Assembly: GCA_017650305.1 (NCBI GenBank)
Contig: JAGCFD010000035.1
Coordinates: 92,205 to 156,204 of the forward strand
Direction: 5' to 3'
DNA from: Bacteroidales bacterium
GTDB lineage: Bacteria; Bacteroidota; Bacteroidia; Bacteroidales; WCHB1-69
DNA: 64,000 bases
A program made the translations under genes and the position numbers. Numbering within the stretch: the first letter of the stretch is position 1; each line of letters begins with the position of its first letter. The notes below the pieces were generated by a model, which saw only the letters and a program-made list of their open reading frames with translations, made no database searches and was not told where the DNA came from. Positions 35,716 to 46,200 of this stretch are shown here, in pieces.

Positions 35716-35791
35716 CTAAAAAGTTAATTCTTTGTAGGAAAAAAATCTGTACATAAAATTAAAAAACCTTAATAGATAAAATAGAAAAAGT

Positions 35792-37267
35792 ATGGCAAAA
35801 AATTCAACGACTCGTGAAGAGAACTATTCCCAGTGGTATAATGACATTGTGAAGAATGCTGACTTGGCAGAAAATTCCTCCGTGAGAGGATGTATGGTTA
35901 TCAAACCGTATGGATATGCAATTTGGGAGAAGGTGCAGTCTGCACTCGACAAGATGTTTAAAGATACTGGGCACGTGAATGCCTATTTTCCTTTGTTCAT
36001 TCCAAAGTCTTTCTTCAGCCGTGAGGCCAGCCACGTGGAGGGATTTGCGAAGGAGTGTGCCGTGGTGACGCATTACCGATTAAAAAATGCAGAAGATGGC
36101 AGTGGCGTGGTGGTGGATCCTGAGGCAAAATTGGAAGAAGAACTGATTGTCCGCCCCACTTCTGAAACTATCATCTGGAATACTTATAAAAACTGGATCC
36201 AATCGTATCGTGACCTGCCGATTCTGTGTAATCAGTGGGCTAATGTGGTTCGTTGGGAGATGCGCACGAGACTTTTCCTTCGTACGGCCGAGTTCTTGTG
36301 GCAAGAGGGTCATACCGCGCACGCCACTCGCGAAGAGGCAGTGGAAGAAACCGAGCGCATGTTGCATGTGTATGCTGATTTTGTAGAGAATTTTATGGCC
36401 ATACCGGTTGTGAAAGGTGTGAAATCCCCGAATGAGCGTTTCGCTGGTGCGTTGGATACTTACTGTATTGAAGCCTTGATGCAGGATGGCAAGGCACTTC
36501 AAGCTGGCACATCCCACTTCCTGGGCCAGAACTTTGCAAAAGCGTTTGATGTCAAGTTCCTCAACAAGGATAATCAACTTGAGTATGTCTGGGCAACTTC
36601 GTGGGGCGTTTCCACTCGCTTGATCGGAGCCTTGATCATGACCCATTCCGATGATAATGGATTGGTGCTTCCTCCTAAACTTGCTCCTACACAAGTTGTT
36701 ATCATTCCTATCTACAAAAATGAAGAGCAACGTCAAGCTATTGCCGAAAAAGCAGCAGGTTTGGCCGCAGAACTGAAGGCGCTGAATATTACCGTTAAGT
36801 TTGATGATGATGACACCAAACGTTCTGGCTGGAAATTCAACGAATACGAGCAGAAGGGTGTGCCCGTTCGTATCGCCATCGGACCTCGAGACCTGGAAAA
36901 CAATCAGGCTGAAGTTGCCCGTCGTGATACACTGACTAAAGAGTCGGTCTCTTTTGATGGCATCGCCGCTTATATTCAAAAATTATTGGACGAAATACAA
37001 AATAATCTCTTCCAAAAAGCGTTATCCTTCCGTGACACACACACTTATAAGGCTGATACGTGGGAGGAATTTATAGATCTGCTGGATAACAAGCCTGGCT
37101 TTGTGTACGCACACTGGGATGGAACTCAGGAAACAGAGGAGAAAATCAAAGAATTGTCCAAAGCCACGATCCGTTGCATCCCCTTCAACAATCCTAAAGA
37201 GGAGGGTAAGTGTATTCTGACAGGCAAGCCCTCTTCCCAAAGAGTACTTTTCGCCCGTTCCTATTAA
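35792..37267 (+). CDS. proS: Proline--tRNA ligase (archaeal/eukaryote-like type)
   Basis: 491 aa. ...[37 protein letters not shown]..., ...RPTSETII..., ...[16 protein letters not shown].... Confidence 0.95.
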   Translation: MAKNSTTREENYSQWYNDIVKNADLAENSSVRGCMVIKPYGYAIWEKVQSALDKMFKDTGHVNAYFPLFIPKSFFSREASHVEGFAKECAVVTHYRLKNAEDGSGVVVDPEAKLEEELIVRPTSETIIWNTYKNWIQSYRDLPILCNQWANVVRWEMRTRLFLRTAEFLWQEGHTAHATREEAVEETERMLHVYADFVENFMAIPVVKGVKSPNERFAGALDTYCIEALMQDGKALQAGTSHFLGQNFAKAFDVKFLNKDNQLEYVWATSWGVSTRLIGALIMTHSDDNGLVLPPKLAPTQVVIIPIYKNEEQRQAIAEKAAGLAAELKALNITVKFDDDDTKRSGWKFNEYEQKGVPVRIAIGPRDLENNQAEVARRDTLTKESVSFDGIAAYIQKLLDEIQNNLFQKALSFRDTHTYKADTWEEFIDLLDNKPGFVYAHWDGTQETEEKIKELSKATIRCIPFNNPKEEGKCILTGKPSSQRVLFARSY

Positions 37268-37278
37268 TAATATATTGT

Positions 37279-38055
37279 ATGGATGAAAGACTGAAGGCTT
37301 TTGAACGCCTGTTGAATATCATGGACGACTTGCGGACCAAGTGCCCGTGGGATCGTGAACAGACTTATGACTCATTGCGTTGCCTCACTATCGAGGAGAC
37401 GTATGAGTTGTCGGACGCGATCGTGGAGAAGAATTACAGCGATATGTGTAAGGAACTGGGCGACTTGATGCTACATGTCGTTTTCTACGCTAAGATTGCA
37501 GATGAAGACAGAAGGTTTGATATTGCTCAGGTTATCAATCAGTTGTGCGATAAATTGGTACGTCGCCATCCTCATATCTACGGAGATGTCGAGTCCAATA
37601 CTGCTACAGAAGTCCATCAGAATTGGGAGAAGATCAAGTTGCAGAAAGAGGGCAACCGATCTGTGTTGGGCGGAGTCCCCAAATCACTTCCGGCGCTCAT
37701 TAAAGCTTACCGCATTCAAGAGAAAGTGAGTGGAGTCGGCTTTGATTGGGAGAACCGGGATCAAGTGTGGGATAAGGTCCAGGAAGAACTCTCTGAATTA
37801 CAGCGGGAAGTATCGCAAAATTCTGACAATATGGAAGATGAGATGGGGGATGTCTTCTTTGCCCTAATCAATTATTGTCGCTTTTTGAACCTTAATCCTG
37901 AAGATGCTTTGGAAAAAACTAACAGAAAGTTCATACGTCGTTTTCAATATATTGAACAACAAGCAAAGGAGACAGGCCGTAAGATTACCGACTTGAATCT
38001 TGACGAGATGGAGTCTTATTGGCAGCAGGCTAAGACACAAGATCATTCTATATAA
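37279..38055 (+). CDS. mazG: Nucleoside triphosphate pyrophosphohydrolase MazG
   Basis: MDERLKAFERLLNIMDDLRTKCPWDREQTYDSL...EETYEL...ELGDLMLHVVF.... The start is moved to Met24 of the track ORF, because the longer form overlaps proS. Confidence 0.9.
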   Translation: MDERLKAFERLLNIMDDLRTKCPWDREQTYDSLRCLTIEETYELSDAIVEKNYSDMCKELGDLMLHVVFYAKIADEDRRFDIAQVINQLCDKLVRRHPHIYGDVESNTATEVHQNWEKIKLQKEGNRSVLGGVPKSLPALIKAYRIQEKVSGVGFDWENRDQVWDKVQEELSELQREVSQNSDNMEDEMGDVFFALINYCRFLNLNPEDALEKTNRKFIRRFQYIEQQAKETGRKITDLNLDEMESYWQQAKTQDHSI

Positions 38056-38066
38056 GTAGTATTATT

Positions 38067-39992
38067 ATGAATAATAAAATAATAGTATATATAATATTAT
38101 TGTTATTTTGTGCAATTCCAACAAGCCTTTCCTCGCAGAAGCGTTCCAAGGCTGCTGATTTGTGTGATAAAGCGGAAAAGTCGCTCAACCAACGGGACTT
38201 TGACAAGGCGTTGTCATACTTGAAGCAGGCTGCGCAAAAAGATCCTTCTTATGCGGACACCTATATTTTGATGGGTGATGCTTATAACTTCACCTTGAAG
38301 TCTGATTCTGCAGCTGCATGTTATGATCGTGCCATCAAGTTGATTGGTGATCCGGATCCGTTATTGTACAATATTGCCGCTTCCGAGTATGTGAAGTGTG
38401 GAAAGTACGAGAATGCTTACCGCTATTACGACTTGTTTCTTCAGAAAGGACTTCAATATACGGAGGTGCTTACGGAGGCTCAGAGGGGCATGGCCAATTG
38501 CAAGTTCGCGATAGAGGCCATGAAGTCTCCGGTGGATTATGAGCTTAAAAATATGGGTCCAAATATCAATTCGGCATGGGATGAGTCGTTGGCTGCACTG
38601 ACTGCTGACGATGAGACTATCATCTTCACGGTTCGGCGACCGAAAGATGCGCATACCGTTTGTGCATTTTGTATGAATGAGGAGGATCTCTATAGTTCTG
38701 AATGTAAAGGTGGGGTGTGGGCATCTCGTCAGGTGTTGGCTGCTCCTGTTACGACTGGTTACAATGAGGGGGCCCAGAGTATCTCCCCCGATGGCAACTA
38801 TCTTCTATATACCATGTGCAATGCTGACTACGGAATTGGCAGTTGCGACCTTTATTGGGCAAAGAGGATAGGGGACAGATGGTCGAGACCACGTAACTTT
38901 GGTACCCCCGTTAACTCTGGGGCTTGGGAGAGCCAGCCCTCTATGGCGGCCGATGGGATGACAATCTATTTTGCTTCTTCCCGCCCTGGCGGATTCGGAG
39001 GTATGGATATCTGGAAAACCACGATGACATCCGAGGGTGCCTTTACAGCACCGGAGAACTTGGGCGCTACCATCAACACTCCGGAAGATGATGCTGCGCC
39101 GTTCATCCACAGTGACGGACATACACTCTACTTTGCCTCCAATGGGAGAATCGGCATGGGTGGCTATGACCTTTATTATTCCACTTTGCAGCCCGATGGC
39201 TCTTGGAGCGAGCCTCAGAACCTTGGCTATCCTGTCAACACCTGGAATGATGAGGTGAATATCTTCATCAATGCTCAAGGCACCACTGCCTATATCGCTT
39301 CTGACAAGTCTGGTGGCTATGGTGGTTTGGATTTGTACAGTTTCGCGCTGGATGACAACCTTCGTCCCAGTCCTGTAACATATATTAAAGGTAAAGTCAC
39401 GGATGCAATCACGGGCGAACCGCTCCGCGCAGAGATTCAGATGATCGACTTGGAGAGCCGTCAATTGCTGACGGGTACCACTTCTGATGAAGAGACGGGA
39501 GAGTATCTTGCCTGTGTTCATACGGGGAAGAATGTCCTGTTGAATGTATCCCGTACAGGTTATCCGTTCTACTCTGAGAATTTCCAAGTGGAAGAGACGT
39601 ATACCCATTTGAAACCATACGTAAAGGATATTGCGCTGCAGCCTGCCGAAGTAGGAACTGTTGTTGTGTTGAACAATATCTTCTTTGATTTTGACAGAAG
39701 TGATCTCAAAACAGAGTCCTATGTAGAACTTGACCGTCTTGTGGACTACCTCAGTCACAATCGCATTCGTATAGAGATTGGAGGGCATACAGACAATACG
39801 GGTACCAGTGACTATAACGAGAAGCTTTCTCGGGACCGTGCGAAGTCGGTTTATGACTATCTCGTAGCCCATGGAATTGCAGAATCTCGTCTTTCTTATC
39901 GCGGTTATGGCATGCAAAAACCTATTGCCAGCAACGACACAGAGGAAGGCAGGGCAAAAAACAGAAGAACAGAGTTCACAATTATTCAATAG
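38067..39992 (+). CDS. porE: PorE-like T9SS-associated protein: TPR + PD40/TolB-type beta-propeller + carboxypeptidase-regulatory-like domain + OmpA_C peptidoglycan-binding domain
   Basis: 641 aa with a signal peptide. TPR region (...DFDKALSYLKQAAQKDPSYADTYILMGDAY...). Five PD40-like blades (...NLGATINTPEDDAAPFIHSDGHTLYFAS...GGYDLYYS...). CRD-like ...IKGKVTDAITGEPL.... OmpA_C ...NIFFDFDRSDL...GHTDNTGTSDYNEKLSRDRAKSV...NRRTEF.... This four-domain order matches that described for P. gingivalis PorE (PG1058). Confidence 0.6.
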   Translation: MNNKIIVYIILLLFCAIPTSLSSQKRSKAADLCDKAEKSLNQRDFDKALSYLKQAAQKDPSYADTYILMGDAYNFTLKSDSAAACYDRAIKLIGDPDPLLYNIAASEYVKCGKYENAYRYYDLFLQKGLQYTEVLTEAQRGMANCKFAIEAMKSPVDYELKNMGPNINSAWDESLAALTADDETIIFTVRRPKDAHTVCAFCMNEEDLYSSECKGGVWASRQVLAAPVTTGYNEGAQSISPDGNYLLYTMCNADYGIGSCDLYWAKRIGDRWSRPRNFGTPVNSGAWESQPSMAADGMTIYFASSRPGGFGGMDIWKTTMTSEGAFTAPENLGATINTPEDDAAPFIHSDGHTLYFASNGRIGMGGYDLYYSTLQPDGSWSEPQNLGYPVNTWNDEVNIFINAQGTTAYIASDKSGGYGGLDLYSFALDDNLRPSPVTYIKGKVTDAITGEPLRAEIQMIDLESRQLLTGTTSDEETGEYLACVHTGKNVLLNVSRTGYPFYSENFQVEETYTHLKPYVKDIALQPAEVGTVVVLNNIFFDFDRSDLKTESYVELDRLVDYLSHNRIRIEIGGHTDNTGTSDYNEKLSRDRAKSVYDYLVAHGIAESRLSYRGYGMQKPIASNDTEEGRAKNRRTEFTIIQ

Positions 39993-40050
39993 TGCTTTGT
40001 TGAAATGTTTCTCAGGCTTATAATATAATGGATTAAAAATCAACGAAATG

Positions 40051-40080
40051 AGGGCGATATGTAACAATATCGCCCTTTTC
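40051..40080 (+). terminator. Candidate rho-independent terminator after the PorE-like gene
   Basis: 10-bp stem AGGGCGATAT / ATATCGCCCT with loop GTAACA, followed by TTTTC. The T-run is short. Confidence 0.5.
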
Positions 40081-40159
40081 GTAGTATAAGAGGGATAGGA
40101 GAAAATTGAATATTGAAGAAAAAAAAAATTCAGAAGAGTATCAGAATGAAAAAAAAATG

Positions 40160-40167
40160 TATTTTTG
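40160..40167 (+). promoter_or_regulatory. -7 promoter box (TATTTTTG) for the giant surface-protein gene
   Basis: TATTTTTG lies 105 nt upstream of the ATG at 40272 and is preceded by an A9 tract. The leader is extremely A-rich. Confidence 0.5.
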
Positions 40168-40271
40168 CAAGTTGAAATTTTAGTGTAATGTATAGTTATG
40201 TAGTATGCTAAATAAGAAGACGATAAAAAGAAATAATAATAATTAATAATAACAAAACAATAAAAAACAGT

Positions 40272-43200
40272 ATGAAAAAATTATTATCAATTTGCTTTTT
40301 AAGCATTCTGCTGGCGTTTCTGAGCTTCACAGCTCAAGCGCAGACAACACAATCATGCTGCTTCTGGCTGGAGAATCTCCAACCACAGACATTGCATGAT
40401 ATTGCCAATGTCCCTGGCGGTGGCGCTGCTCATCTGCCTGGCACAGGTGGCGATGTTGTGTTGAACAACACCATGAATCCGGTGTTGCATGGTATTGACA
40501 CTGTTACCGGTCAATGTCAACAGACGGACTATTACAGGATTCGCTTTGCGAACACTTGCAATCTTCCTGCTGGCACGAAAGTGTCTATCGAATGGAAGTT
40601 GTATCGTGACGGCGAGCTTGTAAACGGCAATCTTTCCGATTATGCCGATTTCCGCATTTACACTCGGTACCAGAGACTGCACAACAACCCCGATCCCCTG
40701 ACTGCTGGTCAAGCAGGCTGTGCAACTATTCCATGGCTTGGTGGTCGTGTGGCTGAACATTTGGGCGGCTGTTTCGAGACGAACAATCATGTTACTGGTC
40801 TTGATTATTCAGTTGCTGGTTATCCTGGTTCTTTCCAGGTAGAACCGCTGCCTTATGATTTTGCGAATACCTCTTTTGGAGCAAATGGTTCCATCTTTAT
40901 TGCCAATGAAATGGCTTTGGATTACTTCAATCTGAACTTCTTTGAATCCACGGATCATGTAATTGTTATTTGCTGGAAACAAGTTGGTAACTATTCTTTG
41001 GTTGTTGGTCTGCGCGAGCGTTTGTTCGGTACAGACTGGCCGACTCTTTATTGGACTGATGAGAATGACAACCCGATGGGTTCCATTGGTGGTCACGAGA
41101 GCCACTGTGGCGCACTCCTTGCTCAAGACTCTATCCACTATCTTGTAGAGACTACTTATGACAAAGCTGTTTGTGACGGTCAAACTTGGGACTTCGGTAG
41201 CCCTACCGCCACCTTCTCTGTTGAGAATCCTTACCTTGTTATCTTTGGTGACTCCGTTTGCGGTCATTTCAGAGTTGACAGCTTAGTACACCTCAACTTC
41301 TACACTCGTATCAATCCTGATATCGTAGCTAATGACTTTGACATTTGCGTCGGCCTTCCGTTGCCTGCTTCTGAAGTTGCTTCCCATACACCTGCTGTGA
41401 ACACCGATGCTCCTGGCATTATCGACTATGCTATTTGGTGGTCTCAAGATGGCAACACCTGGGATACCATCACTCCGAGCTACAATGCTGTTCAAGTTGG
41501 TACCTATACTTGGTATGTGAAACAAATCAACCACTACGATGCTGTTACCCCGGACGATTTCTATTGCGAGGGTGCTATCGATACTTTGACCATCACCGTG
41601 AAACCGCTTTACGCTCCTGTAATTGCTACTCACGAGTCTGAATGGTGTTATAACGATCTGCCTGCTGCTCTCAACCTCAAGGCTTCCTATGATCCTAACG
41701 AGGAATGTGCCACTGGCATCGTTTGGTCTTACAATGGCGTTTCTCTCGACACTGTAGCAAGTGGTGAGAATATCTCTTTGATTTTGGCTGAGTATTTCCC
41801 GACCAATATCAATAAGACTGTCAATTTGATCGCTTACACCACCAACGGTTATGCCAACTCTCCTGAAGTTACCGTTACCTTGACGGTTCATGCTTCTCCC
41901 GTACCGACTGGCACCGTTGCTGATGCTACCTATACTTTGTGCCCGAGCACTACGCAAAACTTGACCACCGATTTCACAGATTCCAACGTTGGTCAAACGC
42001 ACAGCACCGCTACTTATGTTTGGACTTTGAATGGTCAAGTTATTCCTGGTGCTAATGCTTCCAGTTATATGGGAACTACCCCGGCTACTTGTACCGGTTC
42101 TAACGTTTATGTTGTTACCGCTACTTTCACCAGCGATGCTGGTTGTGCCGAGACTATCTCCCGCAAGTACACGTTGACCGTCCAAAGCGAAGGTGTTATC
42201 ACCGTTACGCCGAAGACCACGACAAAGACTGAGTTCACCATTTCCGGTTGTGACACCACCGTTGCTGAGTTTGTTAACGGTCGTCGTACTCTTGCCGATT
42301 TGATGAGCTTGCTCAATGTTACCTATCCTTGCAGCGCTCCTGTAAGTGTGACCTATAACGCTACTATCGTCTCTTCTTCACTTTGCCAGACTGTGGTTAC
42401 CAGAAGCTACATCCTCAACGATGCTTGCGACAACCACTCTAACGCTTTCGTGGAGACCTGGACTATCAATAATGACTATAGACCTGTTATCTCCGGTACT
42501 TCTTCTATGAATTTCGTCCGCATCCAAGATTGTAAGTACGAAGTTCCTGCTCAACAAGTACTGGTTGATTCCTTCTTGTTGCACAACACAGTTACATTCC
42601 AATGCAACGGTGGTTCTGTAACCTCCTACGCTTTCTATTTGGATGCTGCGGCTACTGTATCCGCTCCTGGTCACCTGATCTTTGAGAATCCGACTACCAT
42701 GGTTCATAATATCTATGCAGTTGTGACTGATGCTTGTGGTAACAAGTCTGTTCCTACGCTTGTTTTCACCATCCAACGTCCTGCTCCTATGACTATCGAC
42801 GGTGGTATTTTGGCTCTTCCGCCGGATATCTGTTTGCATGACACTGTTTTCTTGTCCTTCGACGTTGCTCACATCCTCAATGCTACTCCGCTTGTGAACG
42901 CCAATAATGAAGAGTACTATATCCTTGAGTGGACTGCCAATCCTAACGATGGTAGTATCATTTTCCATACCAGTCCTAATGCTCTCGGTGTTCCTGCATC
43001 TCCTAATACTGACTATGTATATACTATGACCGCTACTGATTTCTACGGTTGTAAAGCTTCTATCAGCGCTAACCCTGTTCATGTACACGGTCTTCCTACA
43101 GTAGAAGTTGAAGAGATTATCCTCAACGGTTCTACCTTCCCGCTTTGCCCGAACTATGGTAACCTTACCATTCACTCCATCACTACTCCTGGTAACGGTG

Positions 43201-46200
43201 GTACTATCGTATCCCACACTTGGAGCGGTGAGAGTGTGAACCTCCCTGTTGAGGTCAATATGGACACCACTTTCGTTGCCATTCTTCCGGATAGCTGCAA
43301 CAAGACTTATACTGCTTTCTTGACCGTTGCTAACAATGACGGCTGTTTGGCTTCCACATCTTATTCTTTCGACGTGGTTGATACTACTGCTCCTGTTGTT
43401 AACGGTGTTCCGACCGAGCTCATCCTCGATCCTACTACCAATTGTAAACTTCAAGTTCCGAACTTGAAACTCTTATTCAACAGCAACAACCTTACCGATA
43501 ACTGCTACGGTTTTGGCAACCTCACTATTAACCAGAGCATCGCTGCCGGTTCTATGGTGGATGGTGGCACTGACGTGACCATGACCATTACCGACCGCTG
43601 CGGTAACGCTACCACTCATGTTATCACCCTCAACTCCAGCGCTCCGCTCGCAGTTTCAATCACTGCTGACAAGATGGAGATTTGCCAAGGTGAGTCTGTT
43701 AATTTGACCACTACTGTTGAAAATGAGATTATTCCTGTTATCTACACTTGGAATACTGGTTCTCACAATGCCAACGTCACGGTTAATCCGACCGAGACCG
43801 CTCATATCTACACGGTTTCTGTTACCGACGCTATCGGTTGTACCGCTAAGGCTAACATCGACATTCTTGTTCATCATACTCCTGTTGCCGCTGACGCTAC
43901 TTTGCATCAGACTCCTAACACCTACTGTCAGAATGCAGACGGTATCTATGATGGTACTATTTCCATCACTGCTAACCACGCTGACATCTCTGCTTATAGA
44001 ATGAATGGCGAGTATGAGTGGAAAGACCTCACTTATGTTTACACCGGTTTGCAAGAAGGTACCTATTACTTCGACCTTTTGACTGCTTATGATTGTGAGA
44101 CTGACAATGTAATCAGCATCACCGTTGGTCGCGATACCAATGTTGTGGTTCCTGTTACCACTACTACTCCTAACGCATGGTGTGTTGCTCCGTTCGACGG
44201 TTCCATCACCATCACCAATCCTCAGGTTGGTTATACCTATGAGATCATCAACCTCCCGAACTCTGATGTTACTTACGTAAGTGGCGATATGATTTATGAC
44301 AATCTTGAGTATGGTCACTATTCTATCCACGTAACTACTGACAAATATTGTCAATATGTGAAAGAAGACATTATTGTTGACAGCACACGTGTTTATCCTG
44401 TTGTTATTGCAACTACCACTCCTAAGACCCGTTGCGACGAGCCCGATGGTACTATCACTGTTACCAACCCTGTTGCTGGTTACACCTACACTATCGGTCA
44501 GACCACCTACACTGGTGCTCCTGCCGTATTCACTGGCCTTAACAGTGGTTCTTACACTTTGACTGCTGTAACTGATTTTGGCTGTACGAAGAACTTCTAC
44601 ATCAATGTTACTTCTACTACAGAAGATCCTACAGAGCCTGTCACCACTATTGCTAACAACACTGTATGTGACCTTTATATTACTCCTAACGGTACGATCA
44701 CCGTTAATGCTCCTATCGCTGGTTACTCCTATACTTTGAATAATGAGACTGTTGTTTCTGACGGTACTCCGATCGTCTTTGACGAGCTCGGTGAGCATGG
44801 CGCTGACGCCATCTACACCTTGACGGTTCTCTCCAACCTCGGTTGTTCTTCTAACTTCGACCTCACTGTTCCGAACGTTCCGATTTATCCTACCTTCGGC
44901 ACAAACGAGATCACCGTTACTCACAACACCAATTGCGACGGTACCACTCCTAACGGTGCTATTTCTATCGCTCAAGTAGCTGGTTACACCTATGTAGTTT
45001 ATCAAATGGTTGATATCGCCGGTGTTTCCACTCCTGTTCTCATGACCTCTACTGACAACCTCCCTGCTGGCTTCTACAAGATCGTTAAGATTGAGAATGC
45101 TACTGGCTGTCAGAAAGAGACGACTGTTGAAATTAAATTCAACAAGCCTGTTTATACTTGGGATATTACTTCTACTAAGGATCAGAACTGCGATCCTACA
45201 GAAGGTAATGGTACCATTACGATTAATGGTGTTACTACCAACTACATATTCACCTTGTTGAATGCATCTAACGACATCGTTGCTGTTAATCCTACTGGTG
45301 CATTCACGAACCTGAATGGTGTTGCTACTTACACAGTGAATGCATATAACACTGTTACTTCTTGTAGCTACACAAAGAATGTAACCATTACTACCAACTT
45401 TGTTTATCCTACCCTTACTGCTAATGGTACTGCTAACCATAACTGTAAGGACGAGAAGGACGGTACAATCACTGTTACCAATGCTGGTGCTGCTGTAATG
45501 CCGATTACCTACATCTTGGTTTCTGGTGGTGTTGCTCTTGACACTAATACTACTGGCGTATTCAACGCTGTTGACAGCGGTGCTTACACTATCAACGCTA
45601 TCAGTGCAATGAACTGTGCTTCCACTATTAACTACAATGTTGTGGACAGCGCTTTCTTGCCTACTCTCGTAATGCATGCAACTCCTAACACAATGTGTGC
45701 TCCTACATTCGAGAAACCGGGTAACGGTACTATCGTAGTTACAGCTCCTATGGATACCAACTATGTATACTATTTCGAGAATGCTTCTGCTCCTAACGTT
45801 TTGGATACTGTTGGTTACTTCACTCCTGATTCTTATGTGATGTACTGGTTGATGACCGACCACTACACAGTTCACGTATTTGATCCTCAAACGGGTTGTG
45901 CTCTTGATGGTGATATCGACGTTCCTCATGCTGACGTAACGGTTAATTTCACTCCTGAAATCACAGCTAACGTTAATTGTGAAGCTCCTTACACTGGTGT
46001 TATTATTCTGAACGCTACCAGCGAGAATCCGGACGCTGACTTCGTTTATTCTATCGATGGTGTCAACTATGGCAGCAACAATATGTTCCAACAACTTGCT
46101 ACCGGCACCTATACAATCTATGTGAAAGACCTCGATCTTGGTTGTAGCTATACTGCTACTAACATTGTTGTTCCGAACAACAATATCTACAAGCCTATCA

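Noticed and set aside
38805-40067. A 420-aa reverse-strand ORF covering the 3' two-thirds of the PorE-like gene.
   Set aside because: It is in the mirror frame of a gene with clear TPR/PD40/OmpA_C homology. It has no recognisable motifs, and its start lies in the terminator region.
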